Assembly: GCA_964187785.1 (NCBI GenBank) | Contig: OZ076409.1 | Location: forward strand, 69,256,001-69,320,000 | DNA: 64,000 nt | Reading direction: 5' to 3' | Origin: Amphiscolops sp. MND2022 | Lineage: Eukaryota | In this document: positions 52,801-64,000 of the stretch, piece by piece | Layout: each line of letters opens with the position of its first letter | Numbering within the stretch: the stretch's first letter is position 1 | The notes under the pieces: model-generated | What the model saw: only the letters and a program-made list of their open reading frames with translations | What the model was told of the DNA's origin: nothing | Database searches by the model: none | Translations under genes and position numbers: made by a program

Positions 52801-55800
52801 CAGTATTGAATACGTTTATGTAATGATTTTCGCCCATTCCCATTTTATGGAAAATGATTAGAAAATGAAAACAGCAGGTCCTAACCAACGAATTTGAACC
52901 AGTTGTCAGTTCCAGTACAACTGTTGTCAACCAGAACTCCGGCATGCAATTGGGCTGGGTCATCTTCGTCGAACACGGTCAAAGTTATGAGGTCAGTGTC
53001 AGTGATGGCAGGCGAGGAAGTGTACCGGGGGTAGAACTCATCAATGTACACCTGAGGTATCAAGGATAGAGTTCGACGACACTGATTTGAAATGGGAACA
53101 ACAAACAGCCTTACAGTACTCAAGAGTCGCTCGTTGAAAAACTGAACCATGAAACAATTCCTCAACCTAATTCCCTTAATGTCTCCAAAAACACAAGTAG
53201 TTTACTAACATTTACGTTTCAAGAGATACTGGGTTACGAATATAGGTTGAGGTATCGCATAATTCTCTATCGCATTAATTGGTGTACTGATATAAAGTTG
53301 GTCCTCAAGGCAAAAAAAAAACAAAATTACAAGCAAACTTTCTTGGCTCTTTTAGCGCATACATTGTTTAATTATTTTCTCGGCATTCATTTGGCATCAG
53401 CAAAAAAAGTTAAAAGTCTTTTAAAAATAGCTCATGTCGAAATGGCTTTCAAAATTTTGTTTGAAAAAGAAGCGCTTGAAAGAAAAGAGGGCGATAACAC
53501 ACCACTTGGGGAAGATTAGTAATAACAGCTGCCTCGTTCACATCGTCCACAATTAGCGTGACCTCGTGGCCAGATGGGTCTTTCTGTTTGGGGGTATATG
53601 CAGTGACCTTCAAGGTGTACTGGTCTATGGCCTCGTGGTCGTTGCTGAGTGGGGCAGGTGCCCATGAAACCTTTCCATCTGCAATCAAAACATTTTTAGT
53701 TTACAGCGAGAATTCACAAAAACGGCAACGGCTCAAGTCAGTTTCGTGCTAAAGGCTCAAAAAGCCTAAATTTGGGACCGCAGCGGGAATCGATCCCACA
53801 GCATTCAGCTTCGGAATGATTATCCTTGGCCACCGAACTAACTGAACACAGCGACTGGTTAAATAGGTGAGCTAAAGAATGGACTTTCAAAAAGGATCAA
53901 ACTCAAAGCACTTCAAATTCGTTGTGGACCTGTTTTTCCTTGAAAAACTAAAAAATCATACACTGCCGAAAAATGTCCAATGAGAATATCCCGTCGGACT
54001 CTAAAAATTTCTGGCTACAATCATCAAAAAAATCCTAAGGCAGTTTTGAAGTTTCACGTAAAATGTAATATTCTCAAAGAGAGGTCCCTGTTGGAGGTCC
54101 CTACGGCGTAAGATGACGTCGCAAAGGAACCACCGTTTTGCTTGTTTCGTTCTTCGTTCTGACTTATGATCTTTTCCATAAGAGACTTCAGTATCGACAT
54201 TTCGTCTTGTAGACGATTAAATCTTTCTTCGTTCGCCGTTTGAGTATGATCTTCGTTCGTCGGCGAATTCCTACCCGATTGGTTTATCTCTTCTGAGAAA
54301 TTATTTGAGGATTCCATGTTAAGATTGGGAATATTATTCGCGTCGATCGAGGAAGTTTCCGGTAAAGAATTAGATAATACCTTTCCGTTTCTAAGTATTT
54401 TAGCGGATTCGATACTCATGAGCAATGAAAAGCAGGAATGTCGGATAAGAGTTGAATTATGAGAGTATGTAGTAAGACTAAGGCAATTATATACGTATTG
54501 TAGAACTAACAGAGAATGTAAGCGTATCGTACTGGTATAGCAAATCGTGTGACTTAGTTGGTAGCCTTCTCACCAGATCGATGGTAAGACGCAATTCTTA
54601 CCATCGCTTCCTTCTCATTGGATGTCGGGTGAGTGCTAATTAGCACTTGGTCACGTGACCGGTTGTTTTGCATGCCGCAACTGGGCTACCAATTAGCAAT
54701 TGCGCAATAACACAATTCAAAACATTTATCAGGAATTTATAATGAACTAATGTCAGCAAGCGCTCTCTGAGTCATGATAGTTACTGCAATTGCGCTAAGT
54801 CAGTGTCTAAAATGGATAGAATACAAATTCGGAGGCATGGGGATGTATAAATGACAATTTGCTAGCACTGAATCGATAAAAGGCAAATTATGACACAAGT
54901 TTTGTCGTTTATTCATCGTTGAACTGATTAAAATGCAAACTATAACAAGTTTTGTCGTTTTCCCATCGCTTTCACTAGTTGACCACGTTAGTATGGTAGT
55001 GGATGAAATGTTGATGAATGAGTTCCGCTCTAGTGTTGAATTGATCAACTAGATGTGAAAACGATGAACTGAGTTATGGGGAGAGCACTGAATATAATTC
55101 TGGAGTAGTTACATCACTTTATCATCGTTAAAAGGTGATTTTTAGCTATAGATGGGAAAGCGATGAAAGATTTCCATCGCTCTTCCATCGTTCGCCGTTT
55201 AGCACTGTAGTCGGGTCTTGGAAGCGTGATTTGAGCTGTAGATGAGAAAACGATGAAAGATTTCCATCGCTTTTCCATCGTTCGTTGGTTTAGCACTGTT
55301 CTTCAGGACTTAGAAGCGTAAGTGATGCATAAACGATGAAACATGTGGTCACAAGTATTCAATCAAGTAGCTTCATCGCTTTTACATCGTCTTTTCAATT
55401 CTCTCGTTTTTTGGTGTTCTGGTCATGTTTGAGCGATGTAATATGGATGAAACTAGTTAGATTGAATCAAATCACGAGTTCTAGCACTAATAGCATCGTT
55501 ATTTCATCGTTTCATGTATTTCAAAGAGAGGAGGCTTGTCACGCTAGTTTCCTCTGAGGCAGGAGTTCCCTAGCGAGTATCCATCTTGTCTATTCGTTAT
55601 GGCGGTCCAGTTTGACCGAGAAACTACTTTCTTTTCTCGTGACAAGCCATTAAATATACAATAGCATCAATTGCTTATTAGCACGATCATGAATTGCGGG
55701 CAAACGGAACTAGAATGCTCAGTATTAGATAAGTAAATAGCTCAAAATCTCAATGGGGGAATAGGGGGTTAGGTACAAGTAACGTAGGGTTGCTCACAAC

Positions 55801-58800
55801 CATAAATCTTATTATATGACATCATATTGCCCATATCTAAGTACATAAGACATATTATTTACATTACAGATATTTAGTAGATTATATTTCCATCATGCTG
55901 GCATGACAGTCCCTTTGTGACTGAATCGGAACTGTACTCCATTTTTCTTATGAGACAACACGAAGTTTTGGTATTCAGGATGTGATAGCCTGTTTGGAAG
56001 CGTGTAATACTGCGGTGTAATAGGTACGCTAATCAAGGTGCAGTTGGCGTCCTTATTTAGTTTTCTTTCACTTTTGTTAGTTTTTTTCTTGAAACTCTTG
56101 GCAAGATCTTGCAACATTCTGCATATTCTTGGCTTTTGATAAAAATCTTGCCAAGATTCTAACTAAGGGTCTCACAAAAATGCCACAGTCTTATCAAGAA
56201 TTCCAATAGATTCCACGCTGGGCAGCTTGCAGCAATGCAAAGGGGCCACTTAGTAAAGTTATAGTACTTCCCAGTGAAAAAATCTCGAATTCGGGTCGCT
56301 CCAGGCTTCCGTTTAATTACAACATCTTTTGCAATTTTAGTTACCAATTGTACCGTTGAAATGAAGGAGATAGGCAAAAGTCACTTTAAAATAAGGAAGA
56401 CAATTTGATGCCTGGAGCACTATATATTCGGATTCAATTATTGAAAACAAAAATCCACTTCATTAAACGCTAAAATTCGGAAACTAGTTTGGTTTTTAAA
56501 AAAATCGATGAAATTTTTAAACGCATTTATGATGACTTTTCCATTAGTTCGTGGTTTCCGTATTTTTCTTATTGTAGAAANNNNNNNNNNNNNNNNNNNN
56601 NNNNNNNNNNNNNNNNNNNNNNNNNNNNNNNNNNNNNNNNNNNNNNNNNNNNNNNNNNNNNNNNNNNNNNNNNNNNNNNNNNNNNNNNNNNNNNNNNNNN
56701 NNNNNNNNNNNNNNNNNNNNNNNNNNNNNNNNNNNNNNNNNNNNNNNNNNNNNNNNNNNNNNNNNNNNNNNNNNNNNNNNTACTGCACTATATGGTAGCG
56801 TTCAGCAAGTATACTGTGCTATGATTGGCTAATACTTTCGCGGACTGCTAGTCCAAGGCGACAAGCAAAGGATCATTTGAACACGTTTCCTTTGCCTGTA
56901 CGCCTTGGTGTCCAATTTTTAACTCAACTATAACGTATTGCGCTTTTACATGTATACAATAACAAAATGGACTAAGTGAAACTAATTTTACAAATGATCC
57001 GAATATTAATATTAAACATCATCATAACTTGACATAAAAATAATGAATTTGTTGAAAGGTAGTTTTAGTTCAGGGGGAGAGTGCCTGGAAGGTCTTGATG
57101 ACAGCTATAACTTATGGTATGGAAGTTCCCATCGCAGGCGGCAGCCCGCGACATAAGGCTATACCTAAAGGTTAGTTCTGGTTTTTTTCCACGTTGGAGA
57201 ATTCAGAATGTACTAAAAGTTCATTAATTTTTGATCATTCTCTTGTATCTTTTACACTGGATACTGAGTTTGTACATCTCAAATGTGCTCCATTCTTCAT
57301 TTCTTGTTTCAAGAAATTTTTACTTGTTTCAAATAAATTTTTGATTTCTCAACAGAAAATGTTTTACAACTTAGTTTTGAAATTTGTTTGGTTTGCTGGT
57401 GCCTTGTTTTTTTGTTTGGATTTGATGGGAGCCTGTGGTATGTTTTGCCACCTGTGGTTCATAAATATGATGTCGCATGAGCAAAGAGCCTGAGACTTTG
57501 AATTGTACATCATCCGCTTTCTGGAATCTTGTTTCAGCTAGATTTACATGCCGCGCAAACTTTTTGATCCTGAAAGCCCGAGCTTTAAGTTGTTGAATAA
57601 CTTCCCGAGAAAATTGTTGGTGGTAGATGTTTCCAGTTGAACATTCCGAAATTACACTTTGAAAACATGTCAACTACATGTCTAATATGCGAAAAACTTG
57701 TCAGAACCAAGTCGCCGAGCTCAAAGAATGGAAAAAACTTCACCAATTGAATCGTCGAAACTCAAAACATTTCTCTAATTACAGATCTTCAAATGAGAGC
57801 AAATAACCCATAAAGAGCCTCCCTGTTATGTTAAACTGTGGGGTACTAATGCATTCAATTTTGTACCTGATTTTATCGGTATAACTGTCAGAAATGTCTT
57901 GATAATCTAAATGACAGAGTAGTATTCATAACCCAGTACCATCACAAGATAAAAGCATAATTGGCTGCAAAGAGCTCACTTCTCTGACGAGTTTTCCGCT
58001 CTAAGTTTTTTCGGCGGGAAGATTTCGACGAGTTTTTCAGATTCGTGAGTTGGAAACTTAATTCATTTTCTTTTGGAGTCAAAAATTACTTTCTAGGATG
58101 AAAAGTAGAATTTGGTTAGCTAGTTTTGCAAACTGTTGCATTTCTCTCAGAACAAAGGCCAAAATAGTTGCAGTGTCTTCTGAATTCGTATCAAATGCAG
58201 AAACGAGTTTTTCAAGGTACAAACAAACAGACGTTGACGAAGTTGTCATATTTGCTTCATTATGTAATTCATAAAAGTCGCTGTAGAAGATTTTAATGCC
58301 GCGGTGTGTCTACATCAATACTTTTTTTCCGGTTTTGTTCTCAAAAATGCGCCAGAAAGGTACTTTTATGTGAAAAATATATGCAATAAAAAACGCCGTG
58401 ATTGGGCGTTCAAAGACCCAAATATGCATGCTTTTGATGAACCGAAATCGAACTAAAAACGGATTTTTGTGGTGTTCAATTTCATTGGTCATCCCTCTTG
58501 ATCAGCCACTGAGTCGTCGTTTTCAGCAACATTGGCCGCTGTTGGGCAGTTTGTATCAGGATTGACATCATCTTCGTTTTTCACGTTGATGGTAAGAGTA
58601 CCACTGTTACCCGAAGAGACCGCTGTCACCACACAAGTCTCGGTTTTTCCCGCCGGGAGGCTCTCATAATCAGGCGTGTTGCTGTTATCGTAACTTACTA
58701 AACAAAATATCGCTTGAAAAATGTTTTTGTAATGGACTTTTGGACCGCGGCTGAAGATACAAAAATCATACGCTTCTTTGAACCTCCTTGTTTCATTTTT

Positions 58801-59446
58801 GTTTCCTCTTTGAACTCTCTTGTTTCCGAAATGATATCCATGGTGTTTTTGTCCTACTTAGTTATGTATGAGGGAGATTTATGAAGGAGTTATTGTCCTA
58901 GCTTTATGTTGTCTAGCACTTCTTCTAAAAAGAATGAGGTGTTTCAAGCTGTGGTTCACGCAATGTGATTGGTAATTGGTTAATATTTGAATATAGATAT
59001 ACAGATTCTGGCATTTTCTAGATTATCTTTGTTAAGCGTGACACAGATTCAGTTTTAATGCTGTTTAGGATTGGAGCATTATACTTTGAGTGACTAATTC
59101 CATATTCAATAACTCAAAGGCACTTACAAGTACACTTCTTCCCGGAAGCAGAACAGTCAGCGGTGTCAATCTGCAAACTACATGAAGCTCCTGGGCCAGC
59201 AGCTACTGTGTAAGTATCATCTGCATCGCTGTATGCAATAAACACAACGCCTTCGAAGTTTTCAGGGATATCAATTGTGTTTGGCAAGTTGATAATTGTA
59301 GCTGGACTTCCAAAAGCACTCGGCAGCAGACCCAAAAACACTAAAAATAGTTTATTGCGACTATGGGTTTGAAATTTAAAGAAACTGTGGAAACACAACA
59401 AGCTATAGATTAAAAATAATCGTAACAGTAGTGTTTTTTGGTTCAT
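37803..59446 (-). CDS. Non-classical cadherin-related single-pass membrane protein (about 6 EC repeats, membrane-adjacent domain, TM, short tail)
   Basis: Exons: 59446/59340-59128, 58697-~58495, 57906-~57810, 53678-53503, 53051-52886, 52687-52465, 51677-51590, 51104-50867, 50008-49917, 49578-49382, 48280-48148, 47453-47252, 45227-45053, 44575-44384, 43351-43173, 42854-42635, 41966-41854, 40453-40403, 37948-37803. Phases are consistent from 53678 downward. Motifs PDYE, FDYE, DVNE, DQNDNEPEF, ATDLDVGLNA; TM VVLALIILLTLLVLIGIVFAFY; signal-like N-terminus. Confidence 0.88.
38657..39602 (-). mobile_element. Two adjacent HINE-like family A copies
   Basis: aacaagccgagaacggccaaagtcggcgcc (38657) and aacaagacgggaacgtctcaagtcggcgct (39101); end atagtcgggc...gcgccgactaaaa. 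Confidence 0.62.
41085..41683 (+). mobile_element. HINE-like family A copy
   Basis: Both ends closely match 7556-7935. Confidence 0.62.
43736..44276. mobile_element. MITE with CCACCGGTGG-rich terminal inverted repeats
   Basis: gtactgacaacccatgaaaacacacc... versus ...ggtgggtttccctgggttgtcagcac. Confidence 0.6.
45909..46421. mobile_element. MITE with CCCAG termini and AT on both flanks, nested in a CATGG-rich repeat
   Basis: cccagcgatcgaagaca...tgtcttcgatcgctggg; internal catgatcttgccaag units. Confidence 0.68.
47673..47760. repeat. 88-bp near-perfect palindrome
   Basis: Centred on gatatc; two mismatches between the arms. Confidence 0.9.
48375..48593 (-). mobile_element. HINE-like family B copy with tRNA-like internal segment
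   Basis: aacaagacgccc..taagcaccgggat..tttccgc at one end, ttttcctccc..gggcggaaaataa at the other; related ends near 9375-9412, 37385-37421, 59648-59800, 62761-62800 and 63085-63121. Confidence 0.5.
48840..50680. repeat. Pair of ~480-bp inverted repeats (48840-49322 and 50188-50680) in cadherin introns
   Basis: For example cacatctgcat..ttatcccaagtt.agctgca versus tgcagct.aacttgggataat..atgcagatgtg; G-run near 49311 mirrors C-run near 50190. Confidence 0.8.
51822..52290 (+). mobile_element. Degenerate/partial HINE-like family A copy
   Basis: ttttagtcagcgc...cgactattatagtg start; internal aagggtccc..tttttcggcattgtgaga repeats. Confidence 0.45.
53773..53852 (-). repeat. tRNA-derived (SINE-like) fragment
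   Basis: Minus strand shows A-box-like tagttcggtgg and B-box-like ggatcgattcc; no convincing cloverleaf. Confidence 0.35.
54089..55908 (-). mobile_element. Solo LTR (1820 bp) of a third Gypsy-like family, in a cadherin intron
   Basis: TGT...ACA ends; TSD GTCCC at 54084-54088 and 55909-55913; contains ORF MSIESAKILRNGKVL...coiled coil...GTSN open to the LTR end. Confidence 0.8.
56581..56780. other. Assembly gap (200 N)
   Basis: Run of N. Confidence 1.
56781..57153 (-). mobile_element. Outer end of an LTR related to element 2, cut by the gap
   Basis: gatcatttgaacacgtttcc matches gatcatttgaactcgtttcc near 36513; ends in gcgaca like 36906. Confidence 0.5.
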
Positions 59447-59949
59447 TTTGCGATCTGAAATGAATTAAATTGTGACTGACAGGACATGGACGGTATGCAC
59501 TCACCGACATCAAAGTACCGTTGTGTCCATCACTGTCACTCCTGTCAACGACTACAATTGACTCAAATATTTTTCAACTAAAGTATTGTTAACTTCAACA
59601 TGATTTTATACCCAGTTGCATGTAGAATGCTCACAAATTATACACAAAACAAGACGCCCGCTAAGCACCGGGATACTTTCCTCCCTTTTCGCTTTCATCA
59701 CTTGAGCCATAGCTATTTTGGGAGGGGACTAGAATCTAAATAATAAGATCTAAAATTTAATTATTATTTTCCGCCCATATTTCATATATGGGAAAGGAAA
59801 ATATTTAAATCAAACGGGTTTTTTTTTACAAAATTTGCCAAGAATTTATTTATATTTAACTTAAAGGGTGTTACCCATAGAATTCAACTCACATAAATTT
59901 AGCTTCGTGCGATATGTATGTAGCGATTTTTGGAGTTTTTTTTTAAAAA

Positions 59950-61450
59950 TGACGAAAATGACCCCTCAATGACAAAATGACCCCGAAAACGACAAAAATT
60001 CGAAAATTTCTCAATTTTTTAATGTTTTTATGCAATTTTTGTAACTTTTTTGATAGCCACCGCGAATTAGAATGTTGAAAACGTTCAACAAGGCACGAAT
60101 TCATTCTCCAATAGTCTTCTATGAAGAGATAAATGCGGTTTTGTAGCAGAAAATTGACCCCAAAAATGACAAAATTTTCCGATTTTTAACAATTTTAAAC
60201 AATTTTTGTCAAATTTTTGACATACTTCGTTAATTAAAATGTTGAGAACGCTCAACATGGCACGCATTTGCTGTCCAGTAGGCTTTTCAGAAAAGATAAT
60301 TGCTTTTTTTCAAATGAAAAAGGTCTCAAATTGATACCGAAAATAACAAAAAACACAAAACTTTCCATTTTTCAATTTTTCAATGCATTTTTTGTCAAAT
60401 TTTCGACAGACTTCGTACATTAGAATGTTGAGAAGCGTCAGCAAGGAAAAAGTATTAGTCCATTAGGCTTTTCCGAAGAATTTATTGCAGTTTTCTAAAG
60501 ATATCTCAAATTGGCACAGAAAAAAAAACAAAAATTCCAAAATTTCTCAATTTTTACCGTTTTCATGCATTTATTGTCAATTTTTTGATACACATCGTGA
60601 ATTAGAATGTTGAAAACGTTGAACAAAGCACGATATTGTTGTCCAATCGTTTTCTTTCAAGAGATAAATGCGGTTTTGTGAGAGAAAATTGACCCAATGA
60701 ATGACCAAAATTCCAAAATTTCCCGATTTTTAACGATTTATGCAATTTTTGTGCAATTTTTGTTAGACTTCGTTGATTTGAATATTGAAAACGGTCGAAA
60801 TGGCCCGTATTAGTTGTCCAGTAGGCTTTTCCGAAGAGATAATTGCTATTTTCCAAATGAAAAAGGTCTCAAATTGACACCGAAAATGACAAAAAACCCA
60901 AAACTTTCTTTTTTTCGTAATTTTTATGCAATTTTTGTCAAATTTTTGACAGACTTCGTAGATTAGAATGTTGAGAAGCGTAAGCAAAGAACAAAATTGG
61001 TCCAAAAAGCTTTTCCGAAGATTTTAATGCAGTTTTCTAGATGAAAAAAGTCTCAAGTTGGCACCAAAAACGACAACAAACCAAAAATTTTCCAATTTTC
61101 AATGTTTTTGTGCAATTTCTGTCACGATTTCGACAGTCTCCGTAGATTGGAATGTTGAAAACGTTCATCAAGGTAGCAGTTTGTTATCCTGTAGTCTTCA
61201 AGGATGAGATAGTTTCAGTTTTTCGAGTGAAAATGTCTCAACTTGACACCGAAATTGACAAAAATCTCAAAATTTAATAATTTTTAAAGTTTTATGCAAG
61301 TTTTCTTTAAAATTTGCAACAAACCCCGGAGAATGGAATGTTGGAAAGGGTCAACAATGAACAAATGTTGTCCCTAGTGGAACGATAAATGCAGTATCCT
61401 GGTATCCAGTAGGCTGTTTTGAAGATATAATTGCAATTTTTGGTTGGAAT
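59950..61450. repeat. Satellite-like array, ~180-bp monomers (about 8) with ~540-bp trimer structure
   Basis: gaatgttga(a/g)aa recurs near 60070, 60240, 60423, 60605, 60780, 60966, 61150 and 61336. Confidence 0.85.
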
Positions 61451-62798
61451 TGGTCTCAAAGCACCCCAAAGTCCATTCAACAACAAAAACGCACGTTTTT
61501 TGACAAATTATTCTTAGTTTTTGTTCAAACCATGAACATTTTTGTGGAATAAAATTTCCATTGACACGAGCGTTGAAACAAAATGGTATTCACAACGCAA
61601 TTTGGGGAAAACGTAGGATGAAGTTAGTCGAGTTTACAACAAAAGTGTCAAAAGTTCCAATTTTCCTCAATTTTCGACAACATAGTCCCAACTTTAGACC
61701 CTTTCCGAAATCTTACTCACAATCAGATCTTACAATCAGAAAACTCATGGGCTCAGGATTGAAACGTTTAGCTACCGGTAGTGTTTCAAAAAGATATCAG
61801 ACAAGTTTATTCGCTCAACTTTCAGAAACTATAGTTGAAAACGTTACTTCGACTATATTTGTCAAGTATTTTATTTTTGAATAAGCTCCAAGCAAAAACA
61901 CTAGATATGGAGAACACCTTCCAAAGGAAAATGTTTCAGGCTATATCGCGGGTTAGAAGGGTGTAAGCATTAAACAACAAATAAACTCGGTGTCCAGTAG
62001 GGCTATTTGTGAAGAGACATCTGTAGATTCACGTTAGAAAAGTTCCTTAAATTGATCCCAAAGTTGTCGGAAATATTTCCTGTTTTTGACTTTTTTGGTG
62101 GAAGTATGTGCAAACATATATCAACCTGGGAACGCTCAAGTTTCTTAAACTTGCAAAGGACCACTCAGTTTCAAGCTTATACCATTTTCTCAGTGCCAAA
62201 AATAATCCGAATAAATACTCATGATACTCGGAAGCCACTTTTTCCCAACAGGATTTTCAGAACGCCTTATTTTGATTTTTTTTCGGTAAAATCCTATGAA
62301 GGCGGAACAAGTTTCATCTCACAAACTACCTTTTTTAATGCCGAAATCAGCTATGAAATCAAGGGGGTACGCTTCCACCAAATGAAAATTTCGGGAAGAG
62401 GTTGATTTTCAACAGTCAATAAGAAACCTCATCAGTTCCACATGATTAAAAGTAACAAAGAGGTCACCCGTAAGACTCGGGAAACATATTTCCTTCACAG
62501 AAAACCTCAAAAACTAAAAATTGCAAAAAATATTATTTTTCGAAAATTGTTTTCGAAAAAAATGAAAAATTTCACTCGCTAAGTCGCATAGTACCGAAAA
62601 TACGAAAACTGGCCAACTATCGCAGAAATACTAAAATAAACGTGTTTCCTTTAAAACTGAGCAAAGATGAATCGAAGCTTTCTTTTCTTCGAACTTCTTA
62701 GCGTTTTTATAGTGCATTAGTTATTCTTGAGCCTCAAATTTATGTAGTTGTAGAACAGTTCGGGGCGGAAAATATCTCGCTGCTCAGCGGGCGTCTTG

Positions 62799-62976
62799 TT
62801 TTAGATCTTATTCCCTTTAGATCTTATTCCCATCCTGAAATTTTAGATCTTATTCCCTTTGGATCTTAATCCCATTTTTACTTTAGATCTTATTCGCATC
62901 AGATTTTATACTCGTCCTGAAATTTTAGATCTTGTTCCCTTTGGATCTTATTCCCTTTTTTGACTTTAGATCTTAT
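62799..62976. repeat. Minisatellite (tttagatcttattccc)n
   Basis: About 9 imperfect copies. Confidence 0.85.
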
Positions 62977-64000
62977 AGTTAAGTAACTAAATAGTCAAGT
63001 GACTATAGTTTCTTGACTCACCACCGTAGTGATGGAGCGTGGAGATTTGGCAGAATTTGGAAAAAAAACGCAACACAGATGATGATTTTCCTCCCCATTG
63101 AAAATGTGGGTCGGAAAATAACAATATATAGGCGTTCAACGGCAGTGCCTTTGAATGGCTGCAGCGACATGTAGTGTTGAGCGCTGGAGCATCTTGATTG
63201 AGATAACCAACGGACAAAGCCTACCTTAAGAAGCGCAAAACGAAGTCCTTTCAAAAAACTAGGCAAAATCATGGCACAGAAAAATTTTTGCTGCAGTTTT
63301 GTTGTTTCATAGCTTGAAGTTATAGCTCCATTGCTTCAAGTTTGGAGAACAAGAAACCAGAATAGAATCAAACTACGGAAGAGCGAGACTAAAAAACCAC
63401 TTGACCTTTCAGCTACAAATAATGTGTTCTTTCTTAAACCTGCCTGCAAAACTGATATCTTGTAACCGCAGTATCTTTTTCCTCAAAAAAAATGGCAGCA
63501 CTCATTAAAGTTTGAACTATGAAACTTTTTTTAGAAAAAAAACAAGACGCCTGAGCTTAGCCAATAAACTACGAACAATCAGAAAAAGTCAAAAAATTGA
63601 AGCTTTTGAAAATTTAAATTAAGTTTATACCCGAAGTAGCGTTCGAAAATATTGCAACTCAATCACTCAAAATGACGAAATTCAAAACCAACTATTTTGC
63701 AAACCGTCACAAATACTGTCAACAACATAAGTTTCTCAGAATTTTTCAAAGTTTACAAAAATTTTTGTTTGAAATTTTTACGACCCATATTGAAAAAGTT
63801 GAAAGTTACAATTTTCATGAATTTTAATTGGAATTTGATTTTTTTCGATATTTGTGACGCTTAAATTCATTTTTTTGAAAAATGTTATTGGGACATTCCT
63901 CAGAATCTCCCGATCCAACTTAATTGTCCTAATTGAGAATTTTCATTGAAGCAGAAAAAAGCATTATATTTTGTGCTCATTAACACTGCAATACATGTAT

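Noticed and set aside
53773..53852. Functional tRNA gene
   Set aside because: Only A/B-box-like words are present; acceptor and anticodon stems do not pair convincingly.
56438..56824. ORFs spanning the N run
   Set aside because: Artefacts of the assembly gap.
62799..62976. Short repeats with variable spacing resembling a CRISPR array
   Set aside because: Spacers are tiny and themselves repetitive, context is eukaryotic and no cas genes are present; it is a minisatellite.

Overview
AT-rich, intron-containing animal genomic DNA (invertebrate; taxon cannot be fixed from sequence alone) with a 200-N gap at 56581-56780. Two host genes converge from the ends: the 3' part of a kinesin-11/KIF26-like gene (+, <1-8539, 6 exons traced) and a non-classical cadherin (-, 59446-37803, about 18 exons traced). 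Between and within them lie Ty3/Gypsy-type LTR retrotransposons: element 1 (14099-26477, TSD CTTGC), element 2 (28007-36906, minus strand, TSD GACCA), a solo LTR (54089-55908, TSD GTCCC) and an LTR end beside the gap. There are also many DINE-1/HINE-like non-autonomous elements, MITEs and a ~180-bp satellite. The most unusual observation is that both divergent Gypsy elements carry, antisense and downstream of pol, a homologous spliced gene (shared 135-nt exon, same intron positions). Its product looks like a zinc-finger, hAT-transposase-derived protein without the catalytic acidic residues. All three LTR families also have an ORF that starts inside the LTR and crosses the LTR end in the same codon phase. 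All homology calls are by eye, and all copies here are degenerate.
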